Below are positions 29,597-40,127 of a stretch of DNA of 64,000 nt, piece by piece (positions within the stretch are counted from its first letter, which is position 1; each line of letters starts with the position of its first letter). Made by a program: the position numbers and the translations under genes. The DNA is from Minisyncoccota bacterium (GTDB taxonomy: Bacteria; Patescibacteriota; Minisyncoccia; Phycocordibacterales; JABAAK01). Under the pieces are notes generated by a model, which was not told where the DNA came from, did not search any database, and saw only the letters and a program-made list of their open reading frames with translations. Location of the stretch: contig OZ241963.1 in assembly GCA_965204115.1 (NCBI GenBank), positions 596,622 to 660,621 on the forward strand, given 5' to 3'.

Positions 29597-30577
29597 ATGA
29601 GCAGGCAAGGCGGAAAAAATATGGGGGTGGTTCTTGTGCTGGTGCTGCTTGTTGTGGCGTTGTTGATCGGTGTTTTGGTGCGGCGTAGTGGCGACAGTGG
29701 GCAGGTTGTCGGCGACGGAGAAGCAGTACCGATTGTGATCGGTGTGCCGAATTGGGAATCAGCGATGGGGACGGCATATATTTTGCGGGAGTTGCTGGAG
29801 AAAAACTTTGCCGTGGAGACGGCACTCTACTCCGGTACGAATGAGGAGCTGTATACCGGCATTGCGAACGGGAGTATTCATATTCATCCTGAGGGGTGGT
29901 CGCCGAATCATGATGATTGGCATGCGCGGTATGAGGATGTATTGGAACGAAATAGGAGCGGCATTGTCGCGACGCAGGGGATGTGTATAGATCGGATGCT
30001 GGCGACGCAGTATAATCTTCAGCATATTGATGATCTGCTCAATCCGGGAATTGCCCAGTATTTTGATAGTGATGGCGACGGGCTGGGTGAAGTGTGGATT
30101 GGTGATGAGGGCTGGGGTTCAACAACGGTGGAGCGGGTTCGGGCGAAATCGTACGGCTATGATACGGCGTACGAGTTGGTAGAGATGTCTGAGGAGGAGG
30201 CGTTGCAGCGGTTTGAAGAAGCGACCGCTGCCGGAAAACTCTTTGTTTTTTACTGTTACACACCGCATTGGATGTGGCAGGCGTATAAGCTGTATGAACT
30301 GAAAGAGCCGAGGCATAACCCTTCAAAGTGGCGGGTGGTATTCCCCTCTGAGGACCCGCAGTGGCTGGAGAAGTCAAGTGCGGCAATGGCATGGGAGCCG
30401 GCAAAGCTGCATGTTTACTATGCCAAAGCGCTTGAAAAGCAGTATCCGTATGTCGCGCGATTCCTCAAGAAGATTCGATTCACTTCGGATGAACTTCAGC
30501 AGATTACCCATGATCTTAGAACCAGTGGTCTTGATCCGGCAACCTATGCTCAACAGTGGGTAGCGGAAAATCGGTAG
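29597..30577 (+). CDS. Glycine betaine/proline ABC transporter substrate-binding protein (OpuAC/ProX-like), membrane anchored
   Basis: PNWES, HPEGW, FDSDGDGLGEVWIG..GW, YCYTPHW. Confidence 0.8.
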   Translation: MSRQGGKNMGVVLVLVLLVVALLIGVLVRRSGDSGQVVGDGEAVPIVIGVPNWESAMGTAYILRELLEKNFAVETALYSGTNEELYTGIANGSIHIHPEGWSPNHDDWHARYEDVLERNRSGIVATQGMCIDRMLATQYNLQHIDDLLNPGIAQYFDSDGDGLGEVWIGDEGWGSTTVERVRAKSYGYDTAYELVEMSEEEALQRFEEATAAGKLFVFYCYTPHWMWQAYKLYELKEPRHNPSKWRVVFPSEDPQWLEKSSAAMAWEPAKLHVYYAKALEKQYPYVARFLKKIRFTSDELQQITHDLRTSGLDPATYAQQWVAENR

Positions 30578-30665
30578 TGTCTGTTTACATATTTTATTCT
30601 GAGGTTGTGCCGAAGTGTGCAGTACACACTTGTCAAATGGTGCTGTTGAGGGTATAGTTATAGTA

Positions 30666-31238
30666 ATGGCTACCAGTAAAAAGAAAAAAAAGAGTTCTGC
30701 CAATGAAGGGAAAGCCGCTGTTGGTGAGGAAGAGGTGGTGTTTGAAGATGTAGCTGATGCCGGGAAGGGAGCTTTGGAAAAAGCAAAGAAGGCGCTGAAG
30801 ACCTGTGAGCAGGAGCGGAAAGAGTATCTTGACGGGTGGAAGCGGGCGAAGGCGGACGCGCTCAATGAGAAGAAGCGGCAGCGGGAGTATTTGGATCGCG
30901 AGCGGGCCGCGGCGTTGCAGCAGTGTGTTGTGGCTATGCTGCCGGTGTTTGACTCTGTTCGTGCCGCGCTGGATCAGGCAGGTGATGACACAAGGGTTCG
31001 ATCGGGTGCTGAGCAGATACACACCCAGTGCCTCCGGTCATTTACTGATCTCGGCGTAACCCTGATTGACACGGTCGGTGAGGCGTTTGACCCACTCCGA
31101 CATCAGTCGGTAGGGGAGCAGAAAGTGTCCGAGAAAAAAAATGACAACACCGTCGCCGCCGTCATGCGCGTCGGCGCATCAGTCAACGATGTCGTCATCC
31201 GCCCGGCGATGGTGTATGTTGGGGTATATGGTAAGTAG
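30666..31238 (+). CDS. grpE: Nucleotide exchange factor GrpE
   Basis: WKRAKAD..N, LPVFD, GEAFDPLRH, VIRPAMV. Confidence 0.92.
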   Translation: MATSKKKKKSSANEGKAAVGEEEVVFEDVADAGKGALEKAKKALKTCEQERKEYLDGWKRAKADALNEKKRQREYLDRERAAALQQCVVAMLPVFDSVRAALDQAGDDTRVRSGAEQIHTQCLRSFTDLGVTLIDTVGEAFDPLRHQSVGEQKVSEKKNDNTVAAVMRVGASVNDVVIRPAMVYVGVYGK

Positions 31239-31337
31239 CAGGAGTCTGGCGTGTACCATTCGCGTGTAGGTCAGGCGAAACTTTATCGTCGCCTTGCTTT
31301 GCCATCCTGCCTGGAGTTGAATGTGGAAAAGTGGGGT

Positions 31338-31367
31338 TGACAGATTTTGGTGTTTTCTGTTATCCTG
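31338..31367 (+). promoter_or_regulatory. Probable rpoBC promoter
   Basis: TTGACA...TGTTATCCT about 140 nt upstream of rpoB. Confidence 0.5.
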
Positions 31368-31507
31368 CCTTATATATTAAAGCACGGGGTTTTTTGCTAC
31401 AGGTCTGTTTGTGTTTTGTGCTTGTATGAAAGTAAAACATAGTATCCGGTCATAGGGGTGTTGTGTTTTTTGTGTGTTACCCATTATCTCTTTACTTTTT
31501 ATCAAGA

Positions 31508-34500
31508 ATGAGCGAACCTCGGACAAAAAAAACCTTTTCTCAATACAAATGGTCTCCCTTACCGCTGGGGGGTATTATTGATTTTCAGAAAGAATCGTAT
31601 GATCGGTTTTTGGAGAAAGAGATACCTCTTCTCTTTAAGGAATTTTTTCCGATTGTGGATTCAAAGGAGCGTTTTATTATCAAGGTTATTTCGCACAAGC
31701 TTGAGGAGCCGAGGATAACACCTGCGGAGGCGAGAGAGCGGTTTTCCAGCTATACGGCTCCGCTCCGCTTGCTCTTGCAATTGGAAAATAAGGTTACCGG
31801 GAAGACACGGGAAGAGGAGGTGCTCCTGGGTGATATCCCTATTATGACCCCGCAACGATCGTTTGTTGTTAATGGTATTGATCGTACTATTGTGGCGCAG
31901 TTGGTGCGGGCGCAGGGGGTGCGATTTTTTAAAGAGCCGCGTGGGAAATCGGGTTTTTCTTTCGGTGCGCAGGTGATTCCGCAGAAAGGGCGGGGGATGT
32001 GGGTGGTATTTGAGAGTAATGTGAATGGTAATGTCTATGTTCGTGTTGATCAGGGGTCGCGAAAAATACCGGTTACTACTTTTATTCGGGCATTCGGTCC
32101 AAAAACCCCTGATGAGGTGCTGAAGCTCTTTGACGATGATCCTGCGACGCAGGAGGTTGTGAAAAAGACCATTGCCATTGATACGGCGACGACCATGCAG
32201 GAGGTGTGGACATCGTTCTATCGCACGATGCGCTCGGGTAATGTGGCAAGTCCGGAGCGGGCGGAGCAGATTATTAAATCACGATTCACTTCTGAGTGGT
32301 ACGATATGGGTGAGCTCGGGCGGGTGAATTTCAATAAGCGGTTTGGTTTGCCGGTTGATGATGCGGCAAAGAAAGAGCGGGTATTGACTCTGGATGATAT
32401 TGTTTTGATTGTTAAGGAGATTGTTCGCCTGAACAACACGCCGAATGCGCAGGGAGATGACATTGATCACCTCGGTTCGCGGAGAATTCGTTCAGTGGGC
32501 GAGTTGGTGTATGAAGCTGCCCGCACCGGGTTTATGCGTATTCGTAAGAATGTGCGGGATAAAATGCTCACCATTGATCCGAAACTTTTTGAGTCACCGA
32601 CCAGTGTGCTGAATCTGCGTACTTTTCAGTCAACCATTCATGGCTTTTTCAACACGAATGAACTTTCGCAACCGCTGAAACAGCAGAATGTGCTGGACGA
32701 GTTGGAGCATTTGCGTACGATCTCTGCGCTGGGTGCCGGCGGTGTGGCGCGGGAGCACGCAAGTGTTTCGGTTCGTGATATTCACCAGACCCACTATGGG
32801 CGCATTTGTCCGCTGCACTCACCGGAAGGGGCGAATATCGGGCTGGTGCTGCACTTGGCGCTGTATGCTCGTGTTAATGAGTACGGGTTGCTGGAGTGTC
32901 CGTACTTTAAGGTGAAGAACGGTAAGATAACCGATGAGGCAGTTTTCTTCACTGCGGATGAGGAAGAGCAGTATCGCATTGCCGGTGCTGACATTGAAAC
33001 CGATGATCAGAATGTTATAACCCAGGATTCGGTGTTGGTGCGGTATCAGAGTCAGTATGAACGGGTCACACCGGATCAGATTGACTATGCCGATGTGGCG
33101 ACCGGTCAGATTTTGTCGGTTGCCTCAGTGTTGATACCTTTCGCACATAACACGCTGCCGGTGCGAGCCGCGACCGGTACCCGTATGCAACGGCAGGCAA
33201 TTCCTTGTCTGCGACCGGAGACGCCGTTGGTGTCCACGGGCTATGAGGGGGAGTTTGCCCGAGTGTCGGGGCGGGTGGTTATTGCCGAGGAGAATGGGAC
33301 TGTTCTTGCCGCTGACTCAAAGCACATCACCCTTAAAACTACGAAAGGGGTGAAGCGGTACGATTTGGAAGTGTTTACCCTGGCCGGCTCTGCGTACTCA
33401 TTCGCGAATCATCAGCGGCTGATTGTTTCTCCGGGAGACACGGTAAAGAAGGGAGATGTTATTGCGGATACTGCGTCAACAGCGCAGGGGGAGCTGGCAA
33501 TCGGGAAAAATTTGCGTGTTGCTTTCTTACCGTATGATGGTGGTACTTTTGAGGACGCGATTATCATTTCTGAGCGTTTGGTGCGGGATGATGTGTTGAC
33601 CTCAACGCAGGTGAAAGAGCATGTTGCTGAGATACGGGAAACGAAACTTGGGTTGGATGTGATGACTTCAGACATACCGAATGTTGCGGAGCGCAAGCTG
33701 CGCAATCTTGACGCTGAAGGGGTTATTCGAGTTGGGTCTGATGTCGTGCCCGGTGATATTTTGGTCGGTAAATTGACTCCGCGCGGGGAAACACAGGTGT
33801 CAGCGGAGGAGCGGTTGTTGCAGTCCATTTTTGGTGATAAGGCAAAGGATATGCGGGATACCTCTAAAACACTGCCGCCGGGTGAAAAAGGGAAGGTGGT
33901 GTCGGTGCAGGTGCGTGACCGGGAAACCGAGCATATTGCTGATACCAGTATTTTGAAACAAATTCGTATTATTATCGCTGACCTTCGGCGTATTTGTATC
34001 GGTGACAAACTGGCGAACCGATACGGGAACAAGGGAGTGATATCGCGCATCGCTCCCGTGGAGGATATGCCGTTTACCCGTGACGGAGAGCCGGTTGATA
34101 TCATCCTGTCTGCGCTCGGGGTGCCGTCCCGTAAAAATCTCGGGCAAATTTTGGAAATGCACACCGGGTTGGTGGCGCAGGCGTTGAACTGTCAGGCAGT
34201 CGTGCCGCCGATGACCTCAATCACTGATGAAGAGCTGCAGGAGGAGATGCGGAAGGCAGGGTTTCCGGAGACCGGTCAGGTTGCGCTTTATGACGGTAAG
34301 ACCGGTGAGAAGTTTGACGGTGATGTTTCGGTCGGTTGGATATACACGATGAAACTGGAGCACATGGTGCAGGACAAGATTCACGCACGGTCAACGGGTC
34401 GGTATTCGCTGATTACGCAGCAGCCGCCGGGTGGACGGGCGCGATTCGGTGGTGGACGATTGGGGGAGATGGAAGTTTGGGCGTTGCTCGGGCATGGTGC

Positions 34501-34753
34501 CGCGTACACCCTCCGTGAAATGCTGACCATCAAATCTGACGATGTGCAGGGGCGGAATGCCGCTTACAATGCGATTATTCATAATGAGCCGGTTACCCAG
34601 ATGGGGACACCCGCGGCGTTTAATGTGTTGCTGTACTACCTGCGCGGACTCGGGTTGGATGTGAATCTGGAAATCCCGGATCGGGATCAGCCGCAGCCGG
34701 AGGTTGACGAGCGACGAAAGAAACATGCGCGGCGGAAAATACAAGCCACTTAA
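31508..34753 (+). CDS. rpoB: RNA polymerase beta subunit, divergent
   Basis: DDIDHLGSRR, HYGRICP, GDKLANRYGNKGVI, KIHARSTG, GEMEVWAL, LTIKSDD. Confidence 0.97.
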   Translation: MSEPRTKKTFSQYKWSPLPLGGIIDFQKESYDRFLEKEIPLLFKEFFPIVDSKERFIIKVISHKLEEPRITPAEARERFSSYTAPLRLLLQLENKVTGKTREEEVLLGDIPIMTPQRSFVVNGIDRTIVAQLVRAQGVRFFKEPRGKSGFSFGAQVIPQKGRGMWVVFESNVNGNVYVRVDQGSRKIPVTTFIRAFGPKTPDEVLKLFDDDPATQEVVKKTIAIDTATTMQEVWTSFYRTMRSGNVASPERAEQIIKSRFTSEWYDMGELGRVNFNKRFGLPVDDAAKKERVLTLDDIVLIVKEIVRLNNTPNAQGDDIDHLGSRRIRSVGELVYEAARTGFMRIRKNVRDKMLTIDPKLFESPTSVLNLRTFQSTIHGFFNTNELSQPLKQQNVLDELEHLRTISALGAGGVAREHASVSVRDIHQTHYGRICPLHSPEGANIGLVLHLALYARVNEYGLLECPYFKVKNGKITDEAVFFTADEEEQYRIAGADIETDDQNVITQDSVLVRYQSQYERVTPDQIDYADVATGQILSVASVLIPFAHNTLPVRAATGTRMQRQAIPCLRPETPLVSTGYEGEFARVSGRVVIAEENGTVLAADSKHITLKTTKGVKRYDLEVFTLAGSAYSFANHQRLIVSPGDTVKKGDVIADTASTAQGELAIGKNLRVAFLPYDGGTFEDAIIISERLVRDDVLTSTQVKEHVAEIRETKLGLDVMTSDIPNVAERKLRNLDAEGVIRVGSDVVPGDILVGKLTPRGETQVSAEERLLQSIFGDKAKDMRDTSKTLPPGEKGKVVSVQVRDRETEHIADTSILKQIRIIIADLRRICIGDKLANRYGNKGVISRIAPVEDMPFTRDGEPVDIILSALGVPSRKNLGQILEMHTGLVAQALNCQAVVPPMTSITDEELQEEMRKAGFPETGQVALYDGKTGEKFDGDVSVGWIYTMKLEHMVQDKIHARSTGRYSLITQQPPGGRARFGGGRLGEMEVWALLGHGAAYTLREMLTIKSDDVQGRNAAYNAIIHNEPVTQMGTPAAFNVLLYYLRGLGLDVNLEIPDRDQPQPEVDERRKKHARRKIQAT

Positions 34754-34767
34754 AATACCATAGCACT

Positions 34768-37700
34768 ATGAAAAAAACAATCAGACAATCAAACCGCTTT
34801 AACGCACTGAGCATCAAACTCGCCTCTCCTGAGGAGATTTTGTCGTGGTCGTTCGGCGAGGTGGCTAAGCCGGAAACTATTAACTATCGTACGCAGCGAG
34901 CGGAGCGGGATGGATTGTTCTGTGAAAAGATATTCGGACCGGAGCACGATTTTCAATGCAGTTGTGGGAAATATAAAGGGTCGCAGTACCAGGGTATTGA
35001 GTGCAGCAATTGCGGTGTGGAGGTAACGCGGTCAACGGTGCGTCGTGAGCGGATGGGACATGTTGATCTTGCTGCCCCTGTTGCTCACTACTGGTATTTG
35101 CGTAAGGTGCCTTCGCATGTCGCGACGCTGTTGCGTTTGCCGGCACAGCAGGTGCAGAATGTTGTGTACTATTCCGCCTACTACATCAAGAGCGTGGATG
35201 AAGAGACACGAAAAGTTCTGAAAAAAGATATAAAGCGGGAGTTTGATGAGAAAATACAGAAAGCAACTCAGGAGGAGACGCACCATATGTTGCAGGATCA
35301 GTATAAAAGTCGCATTGCTGACATTGAGTCGGTGCAGGAGCACACTATTATTGATGAAGCGCGACATGATCGGCTGAGTCAGCAGTTTCCCGGTCTGTTT
35401 GATGCGGAGAAGGGGGGCGAAGTTATCTTTGACCTGCTGAAAAAAATTGATTTGAAGAAAAAAGAGAAAGAGATTTTGGAACAGATTGATGATGCGAATA
35501 AGGGGGTACGGGATAAATTGCAACGGCAGCTGTTGGTGGTGCGGTCATTGCTGCAGTCCGATAATAAGCCGGAGTGGATGTTCCTGACTCGGTTGCCGGT
35601 GATACCTCCGGGTATTCGTCCGGTCGTACCGCTTGACGGCGGTCGGTATGCGAGTTCGGATTTGAATGATCTCTATCGGCATGTGATTGTTCGGAATAAT
35701 CGGTTGAAAGAATTTATTGAGTCCAAGGCACCGAAGATTTTTATCAATACGCAAAAACGGCTTTTGCAGGAGGCGGTAGATGCGCTGTTTGAAAAGGAGA
35801 TTGCCAGTAGCGGGAGGAGTTCCGCGGCGCGCGGGAAAAATCGTCAGCTCAAAGCGATAGCAGAGTACCTGAGCGGGAAGACAGGAAGCTTTCGATTGAA
35901 CCTGCTCGGGAAGCGGGTTGATTTCACCGGGCGATCAGTCATCGTGGTTGGCTCACACCTCAAGCTTGATGAGTTCGGATTGCCGAAAAAGATGGCGTTA
36001 GAGATATTCCGTCCGTTTGTGATCGGGGAAGTGTTGAGTCGTGAGCTTGCTTACAATGTGCGGGGAGCGCAGCGGCTTTTGGATACAGAAGCGCCGGTGG
36101 TGTGGGAGATTTTGGAAAAAGTTATTCAGGGTAAGTACATGCTCCTGAACCGTGCGCCGACCCTGCACCGTCAAAGTATCCAGGCCTTTAAGCCGATACT
36201 GGTGGAGGGGCTCTCCATTGAGCTGCACCCGCTTGTGTGTGCGGCGTATAACGCTGACTTTGACGGTGATGCGATGGTGATTCACCTGCCGCTCTCAAAA
36301 GAGGCGCAGGCAGAAGCGAAAAATATTCTGGTGTCCACGAATAATATCATTAACCCCGCGTCAGGAGAGATTAATGCTTCTCCTGCGGAGCAGGATATGG
36401 TGTTGGGTTGCTACTGGGCAACCGTGGAGAAGTCCGGCGCGAAAGGAGAAGGGCGGTATTTCGGCAGCGTCAGTGAGGCGATCACTGCGTATGACTTCGG
36501 TATTGTTGATATCCGCGCGAAAATAAAGGTACTCGCTTCTGATAAGGAGAAGTATGGTGAGTATCGGGGAAAGATTTTTGAAACGACGATTGGTCGGCTG
36601 CTGTTTAATATAACCCTGCCGAAAGAGTATCCGTTTGTTAATGAAACGATTGATAAGAAAATGATTAAGCAGGTGGTGCGGGGTATTCTCAATGCCTTCG
36701 GTAAGGAGGTGTTGGTGAAACACCTTGATCCGATTAAGGATTTTGGTTTTCGGTTCGCATCCCGTTCAGGTACCACCTTTTCGTGGGGTGATTTACGAAG
36801 ACCGGATGAATGTGCGACGCGTATACAAGAAGGGCTGCAGAAGTCGGATGAGATAGGGCAGGCGTATGAAGAGGGTCTGATATCACTGCAGGAGCGAAAG
36901 CGAAAGAATATAGATTTGTGGCAGGAGATTAAGGAGGAGTTAGGGCAAATTACCAAGGATATTGTTCCGGAGGAGTCGTCTATCGGTGATATGATTCGTT
37001 CCGGTGCCCGTGGTTCGTTTAATGATCTTGGTGATATGACCGCGATGTTTGGTGTGGTTGATTCATCATCAGGAGAGCCGATAGAGCAGCCGGTGCTGTC
37101 ATCGCTCAAAGCCGGTATTTCTTCTATTGAATACTTTAATGCGTCGTTCGGTGCTCGAAAGGGTGTTGCGGACACGGCGCTGAAGACGGCAGATGCAGGA
37201 TTTTTGTCACGAAAGCTCTTTAGTGTCGCGCAAGAGGTGAAGATTGAAGACCTTGACTGCAAAACAACTGCCGGGGTTACTCTGTATCGACAAACCGCTT
37301 CCGGCGCGGGAGATTCATTTGCTGAGCGGATTTACGGGCGCTATGTGAGTGAAGATGTTTTGGGCGCGGATGGTGCTGTTATCGTAAAAAAGAATGAGTT
37401 GATGGATGCCGCGCTCGCGGAGAAAATAGATGCTGACGAAAGTATAGAGAAGGTAGTTGTTCGTTCGCCGATTACCTGTCGGCATGCGCGGGGGATTTGT
37501 GCGAAATGTTACGGTGTTGATCGTGCCACGAATGAGGTTGTTGATGTCGGTGAGCCGGTCGGTACTATTGCTGCGCAATCAGTCGGTGAGCCGGGGACGC
37601 AGCTGACTATGCGTACTTTTCATGCCGGAGGTGTTGCGACTGCCGGTGGTGATATTACTGCGGGGTTGCCGCGGGTGACCGAGGTGTTTGAGCGTCGGGC

Positions 37701-38442
37701 TCCGAAGGTGCCGGCAGCCATTGCGCATGTTGACGGTGTTGTTGAAAAGATAGAAGAGCATAAAGACGGCGGGCATACTATTCGGCTGAATGTTGGGGCT
37801 AAGAAAGCAACTACCGCTGAGAAGAATTATTCTGTTTCGCCGTTGCGTGTGGTGAAAGTTGCGGTTGGTGATAAAGTTACGAAAGGGCAGTTTTTGACAG
37901 ATGGTGCGGCAAACTTGGAAGAGATGCTGAAACAGTGCGGCAAGGAGGCGACGCAAGCGTATATTTTTAGTGAGATCACGAAGGTGTATGAATTACAGGG
38001 GGTAAGCATTGCGCCGGTGCATTTTGAAATTATTATTCGGCAGATGTTCAGTAAGATGTTGATTACTGATTCGGGAGATGCTGCGTACATACCGGGAGAG
38101 GTTATTGACCTCAGTGAACTTGTTGATTTGAATGATTGCCTTGAATCGGAAGGGTTGAAGCCGGCGCAGGCGGAGAATATTGTAACCGGTATTACGAATG
38201 TGTCGGTTTCGCGAAGCAATTTTCTTTCTGCGGCGTCGTTCCAAAATACCACCAGTGTTCTCATTCGTGCGGCGGTGAGCGGGGCGGTGGACACACTGGA
38301 TGGGGTCAAAGAGAATGTGATTATCGGGCGATTGGTGCCGATCGGAAGCGGTCACAAGGGCAGTGCAAAACAGGGGATGGTACAGGAGGTGCAGGAGCAG
38401 GTTGCGAAGGAACTTGCAGAAAAGGAGGAAATGACCTCATAA
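34768..38442 (+). CDS. rpoC: RNA polymerase beta' subunit
   Basis: KPETINYRT, LLGKRVD, NADFDGD, GEPGTQLTMRTFH. Confidence 0.98.
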   Translation: MKKTIRQSNRFNALSIKLASPEEILSWSFGEVAKPETINYRTQRAERDGLFCEKIFGPEHDFQCSCGKYKGSQYQGIECSNCGVEVTRSTVRRERMGHVDLAAPVAHYWYLRKVPSHVATLLRLPAQQVQNVVYYSAYYIKSVDEETRKVLKKDIKREFDEKIQKATQEETHHMLQDQYKSRIADIESVQEHTIIDEARHDRLSQQFPGLFDAEKGGEVIFDLLKKIDLKKKEKEILEQIDDANKGVRDKLQRQLLVVRSLLQSDNKPEWMFLTRLPVIPPGIRPVVPLDGGRYASSDLNDLYRHVIVRNNRLKEFIESKAPKIFINTQKRLLQEAVDALFEKEIASSGRSSAARGKNRQLKAIAEYLSGKTGSFRLNLLGKRVDFTGRSVIVVGSHLKLDEFGLPKKMALEIFRPFVIGEVLSRELAYNVRGAQRLLDTEAPVVWEILEKVIQGKYMLLNRAPTLHRQSIQAFKPILVEGLSIELHPLVCAAYNADFDGDAMVIHLPLSKEAQAEAKNILVSTNNIINPASGEINASPAEQDMVLGCYWATVEKSGAKGEGRYFGSVSEAITAYDFGIVDIRAKIKVLASDKEKYGEYRGKIFETTIGRLLFNITLPKEYPFVNETIDKKMIKQVVRGILNAFGKEVLVKHLDPIKDFGFRFASRSGTTFSWGDLRRPDECATRIQEGLQKSDEIGQAYEEGLISLQERKRKNIDLWQEIKEELGQITKDIVPEESSIGDMIRSGARGSFNDLGDMTAMFGVVDSSSGEPIEQPVLSSLKAGISSIEYFNASFGARKGVADTALKTADAGFLSRKLFSVAQEVKIEDLDCKTTAGVTLYRQTASGAGDSFAERIYGRYVSEDVLGADGAVIVKKNELMDAALAEKIDADESIEKVVVRSPITCRHARGICAKCYGVDRATNEVVDVGEPVGTIAAQSVGEPGTQLTMRTFHAGGVATAGGDITAGLPRVTEVFERRAPKVPAAIAHVDGVVEKIEEHKDGGHTIRLNVGAKKATTAEKNYSVSPLRVVKVAVGDKVTKGQFLTDGAANLEEMLKQCGKEATQAYIFSEITKVYELQGVSIAPVHFEIIIRQMFSKMLITDSGDAAYIPGEVIDLSELVDLNDCLESEGLKPAQAENIVTGITNVSVSRSNFLSAASFQNTTSVLIRAAVSGAVDTLDGVKENVIIGRLVPIGSGHKGSAKQGMVQEVQEQVAKELAEKEEMTS

Positions 38443-40079
38443 TGGTTGTAATGGCAGATAGGGTTAACCAGGTGGAGGCGGTGAAGAGCGCGATTGATAT
38501 TGTTGATGTCATCGGGCAGTATACCACCCTCCAGCCGGCAGGGAACCGGATGAAGGGGTTGTCACCGTTCACCAACGAAAAGACACCGTCGTTTTTTGTG
38601 GACCCGGATGCGGGAGTGTACTACTGCTTTTCCTCACAGAAAGGCGGAGATGTCTTTTCGTTTGTGCAGGATGTTGAGGGTATTGATTTCAAGGAGGCAC
38701 TGCGATTACTCGCAGAGCGGGCAGGTATAGATCTTGTAAATACTGCCCCGGGTGACAGACCGAATAACGCCCCGCTCTACCACCTCTTGGAATCTGCGGC
38801 AAGCGTGTACCAGCAACATCTTAACGGGGAAGTGAGGCAGTATCTCATCGGGCGGGGTATTACTGAGCAGTCAATACAGGAGTGGGGTATCGGGTACGCG
38901 CCGGATGCATGGAATGCTTTCTGTACAAAACAGTCGCCAAATCTTGCTGAGCAAGTGACGGTGGGTATGTGTATAGAAAACAAGGAGAAGCAGTCGGTGT
39001 ACGATCGGTTTCGGAACCGGGTGCAGTTTCCGTTCTATGACGATCGCGGTCGGGTTATCGGTTTCTCCGGCAGGATGTACGGGGATGATGAGGGTGCCAA
39101 ATATATCAATTCTCCGACATCACCGCTATTCGACAAATCATCTTTTCTCTATGGGCTGCATAAAGCAAAGCCGCACATTCGGAAACACAATGTTGCGCTG
39201 CTGACTGAGGGACCGATTGACGCGATTATGGTGCATCAGGCAGGGTATCCGATGGCGGTGGCAACCTCCGGAACGGCGGTGACTACGACCCATTTGCAAA
39301 CGCTGCAGCGGTTGTCTAACCGGCTGCTGCTTGTGCTTGACAGTGATGCTGCAGGGCAGCGCGCTGCGTTGCGGGTGATTGAGATGTCCTACACCCTCGG
39401 CATAGACACCAAGGTAGTTATGCTGCCGGACGGCTCTGATCCCGCGGATGTGATCGCTGAGGATGTGGAGCGTTTTAAGACCTGTGTCAGAGAGGCGGTG
39501 TCGGCGACAGCTTTTCTCACGCGGTATGTGGCTCAGCATTACGGGGATGGCGGTGATGATCGTGTCAGAGGGGTGAAAGAAGCGGTGCTGCCGGTCATTG
39601 CTGCGAGCAAAGACCCAATGGCGCGCGCGCATGCGGTCAAAGAGGTCGCCGCGTTTTGCGGACTGGATGCCGCGGCTGTTGCGGAGAGTTTGGCGCAGGC
39701 GCAGGGCGGGGTGGTGGTGCAGGATGCGGATCCGGCGCTCCGGCGTAAAAAGGCCGCTGTCCGTATCCGGGATTCTCAGACCGTTCAGCAGGAAAAAATC
39801 GGCAAATTGTTAAGCACTGTCGCTATGGCGATACAGTTTCTCAAAAAGCACAATGAGTCGCTCACCACTGCGACTGATGCGCTGCTGGATGCGGTGCAGA
39901 AGATTGAATCGCTGCCGGAAGCGGATGAAAAGGTTACCCAAATGCGGTACGAGGTAGAGTTTGCGGACAAGGACACGCAGATACAGGGTGCGCGGGATGA
40001 GTTGGAGGTTGCCGCTAAGTACTTTCTTGCTGAATCTAAAAAAGGACAGGAAATGGAGAGATTGCAGGCGACTTTATAG
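38442..40079 (+). CDS. dnaG: DNA primase
   Basis: LSPFTNEKTPSF, YDRFRNR..FP, KYINSP, TEGPID, LDSDAAG, DPAD; start may be 38451. Confidence 0.95.
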   Translation: MVVMADRVNQVEAVKSAIDIVDVIGQYTTLQPAGNRMKGLSPFTNEKTPSFFVDPDAGVYYCFSSQKGGDVFSFVQDVEGIDFKEALRLLAERAGIDLVNTAPGDRPNNAPLYHLLESAASVYQQHLNGEVRQYLIGRGITEQSIQEWGIGYAPDAWNAFCTKQSPNLAEQVTVGMCIENKEKQSVYDRFRNRVQFPFYDDRGRVIGFSGRMYGDDEGAKYINSPTSPLFDKSSFLYGLHKAKPHIRKHNVALLTEGPIDAIMVHQAGYPMAVATSGTAVTTTHLQTLQRLSNRLLLVLDSDAAGQRAALRVIEMSYTLGIDTKVVMLPDGSDPADVIAEDVERFKTCVREAVSATAFLTRYVAQHYGDGGDDRVRGVKEAVLPVIAASKDPMARAHAVKEVAAFCGLDAAAVAESLAQAQGGVVVQDADPALRRKKAAVRIRDSQTVQQEKIGKLLSTVAMAIQFLKKHNESLTTATDALLDAVQKIESLPEADEKVTQMRYEVEFADKDTQIQGARDELEVAAKYFLAESKKGQEMERLQATL

Positions 40080-40127
40080 CACGGGGATACTGTTTGTAGG
40101 TTGTTTATTGTGCTATAGTAAAAATAT

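Noticed and set aside
34740-34770. rpoB-rpoC fusion
   Set aside because: TAA at 34751-34753 and a separate ATG at 34768
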